From assembly GCA_964016885.1 (NCBI GenBank), contig OZ024745.1, positions 131,130,001 to 131,194,000 on the forward strand: a stretch of 64,000 nucleotides of DNA. The letters are read 5' to 3'. A program made the translations under genes and the position numbers. Below, in pieces: positions 1-12,949 of the stretch. Source of the DNA: Eledone cirrhosa (taxonomy: Eukaryota). Numbering within the stretch: the first letter of the stretch is position 1; every line of letters starts with the position of its first letter. Under the pieces are notes generated by a model, which had not been told where the DNA came from, made no database searches, and worked only from the letters and a program-made list of their open reading frames with translations.

Positions 1-83
1 GCAGAAGGGCACCCAGAAGTTATGACCTGGATGTGGCCCGGCCCCCTTAGAGTGTAAGAAGTTAAGGGCTGAAACACTCGCTT

Positions 84-578
84 GTGGTGGTGATTGTGAT
101 GATGATGATGGTAGTGGTGGTGGTGGTGATGATAATAGTGTTGGTGGTGGTGATGATAGTGTTGGTGGTGGTGGTGATGATGAGTTGTGTTGGTGGTGGT
201 GATGATGATAGTAGTGTTGGTGGTGGTGATGATGGTAGTGGTGGTGATGACGATAGTAGTGGTAGTAGTGGTGGTGGTGGTGGTGGCAGTAGTAGTGTTG
301 GTGGTGGTGATGATGGTGATGGCAGTAGTGGTGTTGGTGGTGGTAGTGGTGGTGATGATGGTGATGGCAATAGTAGTGTTGGTGGTGATGATGGTGATGG
401 CAGTAGTAGTGTTGGTGGTGATGATGGTGATGGCAGTAGTGGTGTTGGTGGTGATGGCAGTAGTAGTGGTGGTGGTGATGATGGTGATGGCAGTAGTGGT
501 GTTGGTGGTGGTGGTGATGGCAGTAGTGGTGTTGGTAGTGGTGGTGGTGATGGCAGTAGTGGTGTTGGTGATGATGAT
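84..578. repeat. (GGT/GAT/AGT)n compound trinucleotide low-complexity repeat in a SERAC1 intron
   Basis: Visible GGT/GAT/AGT reiteration; explains the spurious Pro-, Gly- and Val-rich ORFs. Confidence 0.95.
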
Positions 579-623
579 ATTTTAACCATGCTGATTTTTT
601 TTTCCTTTTGTTTTCATTACTAG

Positions 624-721
624 ACGCTCATTATATATTCGAGCTAAGACAATTCTTCAAAAGTTGCGGAAAGCTGGTGTTGGGGAACGGCCTCTTATCT
701 GGATTGGACATTCAATGGGCG
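624..721 (+). CDS. SERAC1: SERAC1 internal coding exon with the lipase nucleophile motif
   Basis: tag|A CGC...GGC G|gtaag; RSLYIRAKTILQKLRKAGVGERPLIWIGHSMG matches recalled SERAC1 [20 protein letters not shown]. Confidence 0.93.
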
Positions 722-1542
722 GTAAGTTGAAATACTCACTTTTCTATCATCTTTTTTTTTTTTTTTCTCATTTTGAATTATTATTTTTTCCTGATAAAAG
801 GCAATCATCATCATCATTATAATCACCATCCCATTACTGTCAAATATTTTCAATGGCGGTGCCCCAGCATGGCCTCAGCCTGTCAGCTGCAATACATAAT
901 AGAGTAAGTAATACATGACCATAAAAGTACGTTACAAGAAATCCAAATGACTAATTCTGAATTTTAAAATAAAATCAACAAAGACAACCTACAAAAATTA
1001 CTGATTTTCCAACTCCCCACTTATTTCACCCTTGTTAGGGACCTTGTTAAAGTGTTAACTGCCCCTTTGCTTCCAGCTTCTTTATACTTGTCCAAAAAAG
1101 TACATTAGTAGAAATCCCATGTTATAAAATAAATAAGATGGGATGGGGGTTTAAATATGTAAACTAAATGACTAATTCTGGATTTTAAAAAATCAATGGT
1201 GACAACCTAGAAAAATTACCGATTTTCCAACTCCCTGCTTATTCCACCCTCCACCTCACCCCTCTCAAATATGAAGTAGGCAGTACAGAGTTATGTACCT
1301 TGTATTTTGTCACAAACTCAGTAAAGTCTGAGAATTATGAACATTGAGCTCTCTCTTCTGCACACACACACACACAACTTAACTCTAGCGCAATCAGCCA
1401 ATAAGGGAGTCTCTATGTGGTCGCTCAACCTGCTGGAAATAGCAACCATATTTCCCTCAAATCACATCCTACCTTAAAAGGGTGAGGGTATGTTGGATAA
1501 TGTGGTTCTAGATGCATACACTATGCTTAAAAAATACATGGG

Positions 1543-2295
1543 ATGGTCATGACAGTAAGTACCCATTCCACACTGTAAAGTGGCCATGTAGGTGTCACAA
1601 CAGTAAGTACCCATTCCACACGGTAAAGTGGCCATGTAGGTGTCACAACAGTAAGTACCCTGTCCACACTGTAAAGTGGCCATGTAGGTGTCACAGCAGT
1701 AAGTACCCTGTTCACACTGTAAAGTGGCCATGTAGGTGTCACAACAGTAAGTACCCATTCCACACTGTAAAGTGGCCATGTAGGTGTCACAACAGTAAGT
1801 ACCCATTCCACACTGTAAAGTGGCCATGTAGGTGTCACAACAGTAAGTATCCTGTCCACACTGTAAAGTGGCCATGTAGGTGTCACAACAGTAAGTACCC
1901 TGTCCACACTGTAAAGTGGCCATGTAGGTGTCACAACAGTAAGTACCCTGTCCACACTGTAAAGTGGCCATGTAGGTGTCACAACAGTAAGTACCCTGTC
2001 CACACTGTAAAGTGGCCATGTAGGTGTCACAACAGTAAGTATCCTGTCCACACTGTAAAGTGGCCATGTAGGTGTCACAACAGTAAGTACCCTGTCCACA
2101 CTGTAAAGTGGCCATGTAGGTGTCACAACAGTAAGTATCCTGTCCACACTGTAAAGTGGCCATGTAGGTGTCACAACAGTAAGTACCCTGTCCACACTGT
2201 AAAGTGGCCATGTAGGTGTCACAACAGTAAGTACCCTGTTCACACTGAAGTGGTCATGTAGGTGTCATGACAAAACGCACCCAGTCCACCCTGTA
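1543..2295 (+). repeat. 48-bp minisatellite (~15 copies) expanded from an RTE/SINE 3' module
   Basis: Unit cacactgtaaagtggccatgtaggtgtcacaacagtaagtaccctgtc; runs directly into the retroposon tail at ~2296-2450. Confidence 0.92.
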
Positions 2296-2933
2296 AATGT
2301 GGTTGGTATTACGAAAGGCATCCAGCTGTAGAAACCAAGGCAGAACCAGTTCTGTATGAGCAAGGCATGGTCACCTGACCTGGCTTGTCTCACATTAGAG
2401 ACAACTCGTCAACCCATGCTTGTGTGGGAAAATGAATGTTAAACGATGATGGTGGTGGTGATGATGGTTACAAGTCAACTGGAACACTTTTTGTCATCAG
2501 TCTGCTTAATCAGGGCTGACATACTTTACAGTGCTTAATCAGGGCTGACCACTTTACAGAGTAGGCTCGGTGCTGTTTTGTCGTGACACCTCCACGACCA
2601 CTTTGCAGTGGGAGGGGTGGGGGCATATTGCCTATATGCTTCGGCTTGTTTCCGTGGGAAGTCGTATATATATATATACTGATGTATTTTCATGGTAACA
2701 CCTTTATCTCATGTAATATCAAATCTATGAGATTTTGATATTATTTATTTTGAGAACAATACCTTAACATCAGTATGAGTGGCCAGTTACAATCGGTTTG
2801 AACAGAAAATGGGGAGAGAATTCTGACTGGATATGTTGGTTTAAATGCTAAAGGGTTAAAGCAAATAAAGTTTGTTTCTTTTAATTTAAATTTGTTTGTT
2901 TATTTATTTATTTATTTATTTATTTATTGACAG

Positions 2934-3110
2934 GTCTTTTAATAAAACAGATGTTGTTATTAGATGAAATTACGGATCGAAAAATCATCAAAAGTACCAA
3001 AGGAATTTTATTTTACAGCGTCCCACATCGTGGCTCCACCTTGGCAACATTATGGAGACAAGCCTGGTTTTTGTTGTACCCTTCCATTGAGGTTAAAGAA
3101 CTTGATCCAG
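2934..3110 (+). CDS. SERAC1: SERAC1 coding exon
   Basis: cag|GT CTT...CCA G|gtggg; GLLIKQMLL...TKGILFYSVPHRGS...LLYPSIEVKELDP; phase continuous with the 624-721 exon. Confidence 0.93.
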
Positions 3111-3149
3111 GTGGGTAGAACAAATAACATTTCTATCATGAACACAAGC

Positions 3150-3500
3150 AGCCGAAATGGTGTTCCTCTGAAAGTTTCTTTGGAATAACATTACTTGATA
3201 AAGAGAATAGTTCAGAGATGAGAGAGTCACTCCAAGTAGAGCTGTTACTTCTCCGAATTGAGATATCACACCTCTGCTACTATATGCATGTGGTTAGAAT
3301 ATCTCAGGAATCTCGCTGGACAGGTTTTACAGGCAAAACTAACCAGCAGGAGACCCAGGGGTAGATCCGCGAACATGTTGAAGCTCTGCTGGTCTTGCTT
3401 GAGGATCCAACCAGCTCAGTTAAAGACAGTTGTTTCAGACAGGACCTGCTGGAAGGAGTGTTTGGGCACTCTGTCCCCACGACCCTCTCAGGAATAAGTG
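3150..3500 (+). mobile_element. RTE-clade LINE 3' fragment
   Basis: Degenerate ...RRPRGR... C-terminal RT region; related copies at ~46680-47520, ~51610-51740 and ~53230-53590. Confidence 0.65.
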
Positions 3501-4192
3501 GGTGAAGAAAAAGATCACCACCATCATTGTTGTTTTAATGTCCACTTTTCCTGCTAGCAAGGGTTGGACAGATATTCTCCCAAATTGTATTTCTGTATTT
3601 CTTGAAACAAATCTCATTCCTAATTGTGGAAATACTTTTTTTTCACCCTTTGCTTACATCCTCAGAAAACTCTCAGTCAATGTTTGGCATGTATTTCATA
3701 ATTGGTATTGCCCTGAGTTCTTACTTGTGGTGGCATTCAACTGGGGTTGGTTCAGCCGGCTCCATTGAAGGAATTCACGTTGTAAGTTCATTTCAATGGA
3801 GTTTCTCTGGGTAATTTGTTTCACAAGTGGTGCCCAGTTGCAAGTATATGCACTTTATGATAGTGCAATACAAGCATTGCATTGGGTATAGCGCCAAACT
3901 CTCGCTTTCACAACCAACCCAATTACGTGGAGCCAGTGCCATGATGGTGACAAATAGGAAGGAGTTTGGCCAGCAGAGGTGATAAACAACCTATTTGAGT
4001 CATTTTGTCGGCCAGCAGGAGCTCACTCCACTGACCAACTCAGGTATACCGACTCTTGGCATCTTACAAATTGAGTAGGCCTATTATTCCGTCTGCTATC
4101 TATTATCCAAATTATCTCTCTCTCACATTATTTGCTATCTATTTTATTTTCTCTTTTTTTAATTCAATTTTATTTTTTCTCTCTTTTTCTAG

Positions 4193-4336
4193 ATTCTTTG
4201 TTTCTTAGAACACTTCATAAGAACTTTCAAGAACTGATAGTTTCTAGTGAAATAAAATGTGTTAGTTTTGGTGAGTTGCAGAAGACACCTCTTGGGATGA
4301 AAGTTCAGGCACTCATTGTTCCTCCTCATTCAAGTG
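4193..4336 (+). CDS. SERAC1: SERAC1 coding exon
   Basis: Polypyrimidine tract, tag|AT TCT...AGT G|gtatg; DSLFLRTLHKNF...SFGELQKTPLG...IVPPHSS. Confidence 0.9.
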
Positions 4337-4976
4337 GTATGGAATCATTTTTTACTAATTTCTTTTTTTATATGTATTCTCAGGTCCCAAATAATTGGGA
4401 TGGGGGAATAAGTAAGGATGTTGGACATTTGCTTAAATTCCTATAAGCAGGAAGGGGGGAGGGGGGTCGGTAATTGTATAGTGTACATTTGTAAATTTCT
4501 TGTAATGTTTGTTTTTTTCTTACATATATGTTTTTTTAATGTAAAATAAAATTATTATTAGATTCTCCAGTTGCTGTATTAATATGAATCACTTACAATA
4601 ACATTTCACCAGAGATCATCATCAGGAAGGGGGGGGGGGAGTCTGAAAAATTAATAAATTTGGGAGAACGATTATTCAAGACCTGAGAGCATATAGGGGA
4701 GTTTTGTGAAGTAAAGCCGTTACCATGAAAATACAATAGTAAATATAGAGTAATGTAAATGCTAAAAGGTTCAAAGGCTTAATTTATTATTGAATTTAGA
4801 TTTTATTGTAAAAATATTTCACCAATTTGTTATCATTCAACAAATCAAAAAATATTCCATGCTAGCGTGGAAGATGGATGTTAAATGAAAATGATGATTC
4901 GAGTGCTTGTTTTTTGTTTGTTTTTTTTTATTTTTATTATATATTTTCCCCATGCTTTTCACTTTATTTAATGTAG

Positions 4977-5164
4977 ATCCCGGTTTTGGAATGTTTTATG
5001 GAATTGAGGCTAATCATGTGACCATCTGCAAGCCAATCAACCCTCAGTCTCTGCTATATACTGTAACATTAAAATGTGTGCAACAATGGGCCAATCAGAA
5101 ATTGGTAGATAGTGTAATGGAAGCAGGACTTTCAATTGAAGACCAACTGATTGGCATATTCTAA
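4977..5164 (+). CDS. SERAC1: SERAC1 terminal coding exon
   Basis: tag|AT CCC; DPGFG...ANHVTICKP...LLY matches recalled DLGIG...NHLNICKP; stop TAA ends at 5164. Confidence 0.9.
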
Positions 5165-5176
5165 GAAATGGATTCA

Positions 5177-5405
5177 TACACACACGCACATACACAAATA
5201 CGCACATACATATACACACACATGCACATACATATACACACACGTGCACTTACATATACACACACACTCACATATACACACACATACATATACACACACG
5301 CACAATCACTTACACACACATATATATATAGACATATATACACACTGACTCGCACTAACACACAGACACACACACACATACATACACTAACACACACACA
5401 CACAT
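5177..5405. repeat. (CA/TA)n microsatellite in the SERAC1 3' UTR
   Basis: Direct reading. Confidence 0.9.
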
Positions 5406-5702
5406 GTTTCAAAAGTTGTCTTAAGTGGAAATTTCTCTTCGGTATATTCTTGTAATTCTTTCTTTCAAAGTAATATTTATAAATGTCTACCACTCCATAT
5501 TATATTGAATAATGTTAAATTATTAAGTTATTTCTGTGTTCACACTTTAAAGCTTTGGGTGTAGTCATGTATGAGTGAGATGTGGTTGTCCGTCCCATCT
5601 AAGGAAGCAGTATCTCTGAATAAGAGCTGACTTGGACCATAAAAACCCTTCCAAACCATGACAGCATTGAATGCAGATGTAAAGAGTTGATGATGATGAT
5701 AA

Positions 5703-6012
5703 CAAGATAATAACCATTTCTACTGAGCATAAATGATTGCATTCAAACTTTTATATAAGGACTTTATATAAAGACTTTACATAAGGACTTTATATAAAGA
5801 CTTTACATAAGGACTTTATATAAAGACTTTACATAAGGACTTTATATAAAGACTTTACATAAGGAGTTTGCATAAGGACTTTACATAAGGAGATTGCATA
5901 AAGAGTTTGAATAAAGACTTTACATAAGGAGTTTGAATAAGGTATTTGCATAAGATAATAACCATTTCTACTGAGCATAAATGATTATATACAAACTTTT
6001 GCTTTTGCATAA
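5703..6012. repeat. Short-period tandem array (ataaggactttac-like) bracketed by a ~40-bp direct repeat
   Basis: aagataataaccatttctactgagcataaatgatt occurs at ~5704 and ~5952 around the array. Confidence 0.8.
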
Positions 6013-6589
6013 GAAGTGTGATTACAATTCAACCTTCAGTAAAAGAAGTCTAATTGGAATGTTCTTTCTTTATTTTTAACATATTTTTGTTCACTCTTTC
6101 TTTCTTTGATTCTCTCCGTCTTTTTTGTTCTTGCTCTAGTGAATCTATTGTTTAATTCAATCTGTCAATAAATGTGGACTCACTAGCTGTGACAAGGTGG
6201 CTTTTGGTTAAATTTAGGACATGCCATGCTTTCCTTTTGGATTGCTGCAATGAAAGAATAGAAAAAATTTGAAAAATTTGATAGCAATAAATCTAAAGAA
6301 ATGAAGGAATTCGCACATAATAATGCATTTAATATTAATGTTTGTGTTAATAGCTACTTTTAATTAAAACTGTTGTTACTAACAGGAACAGCTTAAAATC
6401 TGTTATTTAAATCGATTTATATTGTATTGTATAACATTTTTAGAAACGGATAAATTATCAGCTTTGCAGTAAATTGTGTTGGGTTTTCTTTTTATATATG
6501 TTATATATATGTACTGATGAGGATGATGATGCTGTGTTGTATATGTACTGAGGATGGTGATGATGATGTATTTGAAATGACACTGGTGC

Positions 6590-7350
6590 ACTTAGCATCA
6601 CTGAGACTCAAAAGAAAGGCCTGGAAATGCTATTATGAAAGTAGAGAATGAATGGGAGGAAGAGAGACTACCCCTAACTGACCCAACAGAGAGACCAACT
6701 ATCGAAATTATCAGTTATAGGGTCAAAGAAGTAATCAAGGAGATGAAAAATGGTAGTCGGGGGACCATCTGAGATAGGTGCTGAAAGCATCTGGGAAAGG
6801 AGTTGAACTAATGACCCACATAGTCAATCAGATAATACAGGGTGGGGCCATACCCAATGACTGGTGCAGCAACAATCATCAATTGCTACAAGAGAAAGGT
6901 GATGCTCTAGAGAGGAGCAGCTACAAGGGAATAAAACTAATGGATCAAGTTATGAAATTGACAAGAAGAGTTCTTGCATAACAAGTACTATAGCTGCCCT
7001 CTTCTTAGTGAGACAACTACAAAAGACGTTCTTAGCTAAGAGTAAACCTGTATATCTAGCCTTTGTTGATCCAGAAACAGCCTTTGACAGAGTACCCCCG
7101 ATCTGTCATCTGGTTGTCCTTAACCCTTTACCATTCACATTATTCTATATATACTATTATATTTTCATGGTAAAGGCTTTACCTCACATAATATCGAATC
7201 TATGAGATTTTGAAAGTATTTATTGAGAACAATACCTTAACATCAGTTTGAGCGACTGGTTACAGCCAGTTTCAACAGAAAGAGGTAGAGAATTCTGGCT
7301 GGTTTTGGCCAGTTTTAACATTAAAGGGTTAAGGAAATTAGGTGTAGCAC
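6590..7350 (+). mobile_element. RTE-clade LINE RT fragment interrupted by a MITE
   Basis: IPNDW..KGDALERSSYKGIKLMDQVMK..LAFVDPETAFDRVP; the frame WLS-L-RKLGV resumes after the MITE. Confidence 0.85.
7120..7332 (+). mobile_element. piggyBac-like MITE family A, complete, with TTAA TSD
   Basis: TTAA-CCCTTTA...TAAAGGG-TTAA; its removal restores the RTE reading frame. Confidence 0.9.
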
Positions 7351-8715
7351 CAACCAGCCAGCCAGAAACCCATGAAAAATGTAGGTATGGTACAGGTCTT
7401 GTTACTTGCTTCATCAGAAGATTCTTTTCTGCTGACCAGTTAAATAAGTCCGCAGTAAAGGCACTTCGTCTTTTACAAGCACGTGAGCAATACACTACTA
7501 TGTATCTTTAGAAATGTCTATTTTGTTTCAAGCAATGGGACCAGATATCTGACCCGTTACTAGCTTATCTTAATGTATTACTTCCTGCTGCAACAACCCT
7601 ATAAAATATAAAACCATTGTATAAATGGTGTTTTTTTTTTCCTTTTTGCACTTCTATCAATTCGGGTGGCCTTTCATGATAGGTTCTGCCATGTATCATC
7701 TATTCAGCAAGCTGCTTGCCAGTAGAATGTTTCAAATAATGCACTTCGGCCCTGCCCAAAAGGGATTCATTAACCCTTTAGCATTTACATTACTCTATAT
7801 ATACTAGTGTATTTTCCTGATAAAGGCTTTATCTCACATAATATCGAATCTATGAAATTTTGAGAAAAATACTTTAACATCAGTATGACAAGTCGACCCC
7901 TGGTTTTGGAGAGATATTTTTAGGCTCCAAATGACGACTTGTACGCCATTACATATATATATGACATGCTTTCACAGATTCTGTCAAGCAAATTTAACAC
8001 ACAAGAAGCTGGTCAACTACAACACTGACCAAATCGCTGTAGCGCTCAAACCAGGAATCATGTCAATGCCAAACCTTAGTCATTTGGGTGACAGACATTA
8101 ACTAATATGCTTTCAATTCGTAATCTTACGATTTCAGGCAGTATGAGTAGAAAAAATACTTTGGTAGTGAATTAGTTATCAATTAAATCTGTCAAGGGAG
8201 ATAACTCATTTTATTTCTAAGAACATTAAATACATTGTTCTGATTTATCCAAATGTACAATAATTGTTGTGCTTTTGACAAGATACAATATCTTCTAAGA
8301 GGGATATCGTTCAGTAATTTATTCAATATGCAATCAGTTGAAAAATATACCCAAATTTAACATGATAAAATAGATACAAAACATTTTTTTCTCCAAATAT
8401 TTTCCACTTGTAGTGTCGGAAGAAATGAAAGTCACTTGTAAAATATCAAAATAAGCCTTTCAAATACTAATTACATTTAATATTTGGGATTGTAGAAATA
8501 GGGAAACACTGTAACTGTGTATCCAGCTTAGAATAAGAACAAATATATTCCTGTGAGTCATAAAAGATAACTAAAATGTTGGCATCAGGAAAGGCATCTT
8601 GCTGTAAAACATTGCCTCAAAAAGGACCCAGAATGAGTGACAAGTTTAATCATACTCATTTTGGGTCCTTTTTGAGTACACAATGCTAATGCTTACTTTT
8701 GCAGGGAAAATAGAT

Positions 8716-8950
8716 TTAACCCCTTTCATGACCGTATTTCTAATGAAATACACTATTTCAGTTAATTAATGAAGAATTTTGTGGGATTCACTAAAATTAT
8801 TATTTCATTACTAAGATAGTAACTTAATGTATGGTTCTTATGTAAAATTATGTTGGGATATTATAATTTAAATTGGAAACCTTTCAGATGGGAGGTTTTA
8901 TTTCATAGAACCAGAACTGGTTTTGGCTGGGTTGGTAACTAAAGGGTTAA
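8716..8950 (+). mobile_element. piggyBac-like MITE family B
   Basis: TTAA-CCC...GGG-TTAA termini; further copies at ~13892, ~42840-42958, 45138-46235, 53931-54398 and 63611-63815. Confidence 0.85.
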
Positions 8951-9129
8951 AAAAACTGTTGTTTCAAAAATAATCAAACAACTGCTTAAATATGCTCTTC
9001 AACTGGTATATCTACCCCAAACATCATTCCCTTCTCCAGATAGTCGGGGCTAATATCGAGAGCAGACATAACTAAACTTGCAACACATTTCAAGACCTTG
9101 AGATTGTGTAGAGCAGAGACGACTGCATA

Positions 9130-9320
9130 CCAAGAAGTCCATTAACCTCGATGGCAAACGTCTCCCATATAATGCCACACCAACCTATCTTGGAGTGACA
9201 GCTGACTTAGACAAAACCTCCAGTCCTTATATGTAAAAGTTGGTAGGTACATCACTTGGTAGATTCCTCGTGGGGTACTAGCTTATCCCACCTACATACC
9301 AGTGCCCTAGCATTGATCCA
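9130..9320 (+). mobile_element. Degenerate non-LTR RT fragment (Ingi/I-like)
   Basis: LDGKRLPYNATPTYLGVT and ...LHTSALAL remnants. Confidence 0.45.
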
Positions 9321-9741
9321 AAAACCCTTCAGAGGGACCCCATTTCGGTCGCTTGTATTTGTAATCATATTCTTTCGGTTATTAACCAAGATTCACAACT
9401 AATCTCTCTGAAATATAACTAACAGAACAGCTAAGTCTAAAAAATACTGAAATTATTATAAAATAAAAGGAAATAAAGATAAAACAAGGTTAAGAAAAAA
9501 AAATTGTTTAATGAGTTTTTCACAAAAAATGTTAGTTTTTAAATACAATATATAAAGAACGGTTTTCAGTATGTACATATGGTAGAGAGAAAAAAAAAAA
9601 TGAAAAACCATGAAATTATAACTTGCATTAATCCTTTTAAATCACTTAAATACAGTTGTTGAGCTGATCAATCTTGAAACCCAAACACACACAAACATAC
9701 TTGATTGTTATTTTCTTTGGCAATGATCTGTGATGAAACTC

Positions 9742-11199
9742 TCATCCAACATTAGACTTTGTGTAGTAAAGAGTACCAAACACTGATGTAGTAAACCAAG
9801 CAGCAATAATCCACCAATTCAAAAATGACAGTAATCCACGATACCAAATGGAAGTAAAAATACCACGAATATTTGCTATAGCTGATGTGACCTGTGCCAC
9901 AGGATCTGCATTAGTGTTATTTAATTGTGGCAGTACCATTGTTGGTTTCATAACATGTTCTATGCCTATGATGCTCTCCCAAGAATAATCTCCCAAAGTC
10001 TTCAATAGAAATGTCAAGAACAATATAAGTAGAATCGGTGTGAAGTATTGAAGAGCCACAAAACAAAGATAGTAGTAAACGCGAGCAATCATCTTTTGGA
10101 TTTCAATGTTAGTGATGCGACCGCTCTCTTTACGCATAATTTCAATACGCTCATAAGCTAGATTCAAATGGGACTGTAGGTATGTCTTCATAAGGCCAAA
10201 GCGAAACAGAAAAAAAACAGCTATACTTATTAAGCGAGCTGTTTCAAATGCTGATTCACTCATAAATTTTGCAGGAGATCTCCAATGAAGTCCACATAAA
10301 AGATCTCTGGCCATTGGTTTCACCCACATTAACAAAATAAACATAGGAAAGACAAAACTAATATAGAGAAATGACTGTAAAACAGGTTGCCCTTGACTAT
10401 AGTTTAAAGCATCTACATGCATCTTACCTAGACGAAGTCCAGGGAAAGTAACAAATGCTCCTATAAAGGCGCATAAAATTGCAAGTATTATTTTAAAAGT
10501 CAAAAGGCTCATTGGGCCATCAGACCCAACCCCTTGTTGTTTCATGAAGACCAAAGCATTTTCTGAGAAATTTTTATAGCCTTTTTCCAAACCAAATTCC
10601 AAATTATCTTCACTGACAATTAACACACCCATTGCTGCCACTAAAAAGAAAAATGAGAAGGTGATACACAGAATTCTTTCACCTCCATCTTCAGTTTGAA
10701 AATAAACAGAAGTCTGCATAAGAAGGATTCTAAAACAGAAACCAAGAACCAACAAACACCAGAGAATGCTGATATTCAGTTCTGGTCGAGAGAATACAGA
10801 ATAGTAAATTTCAGTTATAATGTAGACTATTAAAGCACATAATGAAAAATCCATGAGCCACTGGAATTCACCAAAGTAGTGCAGGGGTAAAAGATCTTTT
10901 GCTTCAACTTTAGCAGTCTCTAGGGTAATAGAAACACTCCTAGGCACAGTAAAAGACTCTGTTTTTATTGATTCTTGGTTGTTATTCCGTCGGTAATCCC
11001 TTCGATGTCTTGCTTTAGTTCCCCCACCTGCACCAGTAGGTATTCCAGCAGCAATCTTTAGTTCTTCATTGGTTGGATGGAGGTAACGCACAAGACAATT
11101 TGACAGAATCCATTTTCCAAAAGAGTAATAGCGAGACAGCTTGTACAGAAATGTAAAAGCTATTAAACTAAAAATCAACTGCAAACCGAGGACAGCCAT
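9742..11199 (-). CDS. TMEM161B: Transmembrane protein 161 (TMEM161B-like), single coding exon
   Basis: 485-aa ORF with MAVLGLQL, RYLHPTNEEL, FQWLMDF, EDGGER, LEFGLE, TFPGLRLGKMH, VYYYLCFVALQY, typical of TMEM161; the A/B paralog label is not strictly applicable in invertebrates. Confidence 0.95.
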   Translation of the reverse strand: MAVLGLQLIFSLIAFTFLYKLSRYYSFGKWILSNCLVRYLHPTNEELKIAAGIPTGAGGGTKARHRRDYRRNNNQESIKTESFTVPRSVSITLETAKVEAKDLLPLHYFGEFQWLMDFSLCALIVYIITEIYYSVFSRPELNISILWCLLVLGFCFRILLMQTSVYFQTEDGGERILCITFSFFFLVAAMGVLIVSEDNLEFGLEKGYKNFSENALVFMKQQGVGSDGPMSLLTFKIILAILCAFIGAFVTFPGLRLGKMHVDALNYSQGQPVLQSFLYISFVFPMFILLMWVKPMARDLLCGLHWRSPAKFMSESAFETARLISIAVFFLFRFGLMKTYLQSHLNLAYERIEIMRKESGRITNIEIQKMIARVYYYLCFVALQYFTPILLILFLTFLLKTLGDYSWESIIGIEHVMKPTMVLPQLNNTNADPVAQVTSAIANIRGIFTSIWYRGLLSFLNWWIIAAWFTTSVFGTLYYTKSNVG

Positions 11200-11218
11200 G
11201 TTTCAAAACTTCAAAAAC

Positions 11219-11239
11219 TTAACCAGCCAATGACATCAT
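11219..11239 (-). promoter_or_regulatory. Short uORF (MMSLAG*) just upstream of the TMEM161B ATG
   Basis: Minus strand ttttattttatag|attttc ATG ATG TCA TTG GCT GGT TAA, inside the exon that starts at the acceptor near 11246. Confidence 0.55.
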
Positions 11240-12949
11240 GAAAAATCTATAAAATAAAAATGTGAAAATAAGATATTTCAATAACAAAATAAAAGGAAAT
11301 TGTATTTGACACATTTACAAAACATTAATTTTCATTAACTCTTAATAACCTGTATCATATCAAAATGCAAGCCTTTACTGAAATATTGCAAATTTTCACA
11401 ATGAACTGTCCACTAGTAAAGATATTATACACATTTGAATTAAAAAGCCTCTCTTTTACATATTTTCCAAATCATTGCAGGATGTTAAGAATTAATTAGT
11501 TTTTACTCAAATGTAAGCCGATCTCCCTAATTTAGGTCTGAGAAATGGGTAAAAATCGAAAGCCTGTTTATAAACCAAGTCAGTTAGTGAACACATTATG
11601 GCTTGGTTTTGAAATGCTCATTTGTGGAGAAAATATTTACAAAATTTTAATATTTTGATATTTTAAATGTTTTAATTGTCCTTTAGAGAATAGTTTTTGT
11701 TTGACAAGTGAAAACAAGACATACCTATGTAAGTTTAGCTGGCATGTGAGGTTGTATTGCATTAATTTTCATGCTAGGGCCCCCAGTCTTATCATGAAAA
11801 GCAATTGAAATAAAGCATCTTGCTGAAGATTGCAAGGTACCTTCTAGTCCAGCAATTGAACCCTCAATCTCATAAGTCCAACACTTGCTTGTCTGGGTGA
11901 ATTTTCTTTAGCATTTATAACATTTTGGCTTTTCTTACATGTTCCATTGGAATCCCAATTATTTAATTTACACTGCTCATCACTGAGGGAAATATATTCA
12001 AGCTATACAGAAGAGATTAAATGCAATATTTTCTCCTAAAACATCTGTTGAATGGAGAAAGTATTATCTCCCTTAGACAAGATTTACATTATAGTTAAAG
12101 TGAAAAAGACAGCAGCACAAACGGGAATTTATATTAATCTATGCTATAATATATAATAAAATTACACATTCTGTTTCCAAACTGTGTAATTGGCACACCA
12201 TGAAAACCTCGTCTTTAAGCAGCGTATTATACTCAGTTTATACTCATGGGGATAGTTTACTAAGTACTGCAAGCTAACAAAACATTGGCTTATTTATACA
12301 ATGCTTCTCAACCTATATTATAGAGCTATTAATGGGTCATATTAGCTGCAAGGTGAAATGGGAAAATTTAGTGTTAAGTATATTTGCTATGAAGTCGTTA
12401 GAACGTCAGATACAATGCTTTATGATATTCGTTCCAGCTATCTGAGTTCAAATCCCGCCAAAGTCAACTTTGCCTTTCATCCATTCAAAGATAAAAAAAA
12501 GTACCAGTCTAACAATGAGTCAATAAAATGTCTTAGAAATGCTGTTAATACAGCACCTCCACAACTCCCTCAGGAGTTATGGGACCATACATACACATTT
12601 GCTATGTACTAAGATATGAACCACCAACTTTTCAGGTAGCTACAACTCACTATCAATACACATACATCAAAATATGAAAATAACAGTTCTTTACAAAGCC
12701 ACAATTTTATAGATGACCATCTCTTTTGTGAGATTCAGTGTTTTGAGATCCACTCTCACCACTTCTTGCAAGTCTTCCTTGGCCTTCCTCTACTGCAGCT
12801 TCCCTCCACTAGGCAAATAATCCTAGAGGAAGCAATAGAGAAATAGTGTAGTGTATCTACAGCTGAATCGCTGAAAGTTGTCAGTGGTGTCTTGTAAATA
12901 AAAGTTAAAAGATTCAGCAAATTCAGAAACATCCAGACTGTGGTGAGCC

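Noticed and set aside
62-623. Pro-, Gly- or Val-rich proteins
   Set aside because: Translation of a trinucleotide low-complexity tract with no splice or homology support
1474-2261. Cys-rich repetitive ORFs, or a CRISPR-like array
   Set aside because: Tandem 48-bp units without unique spacers, inside a SERAC1 intron; ORFs are open in several frames simply because the period is a multiple of 3
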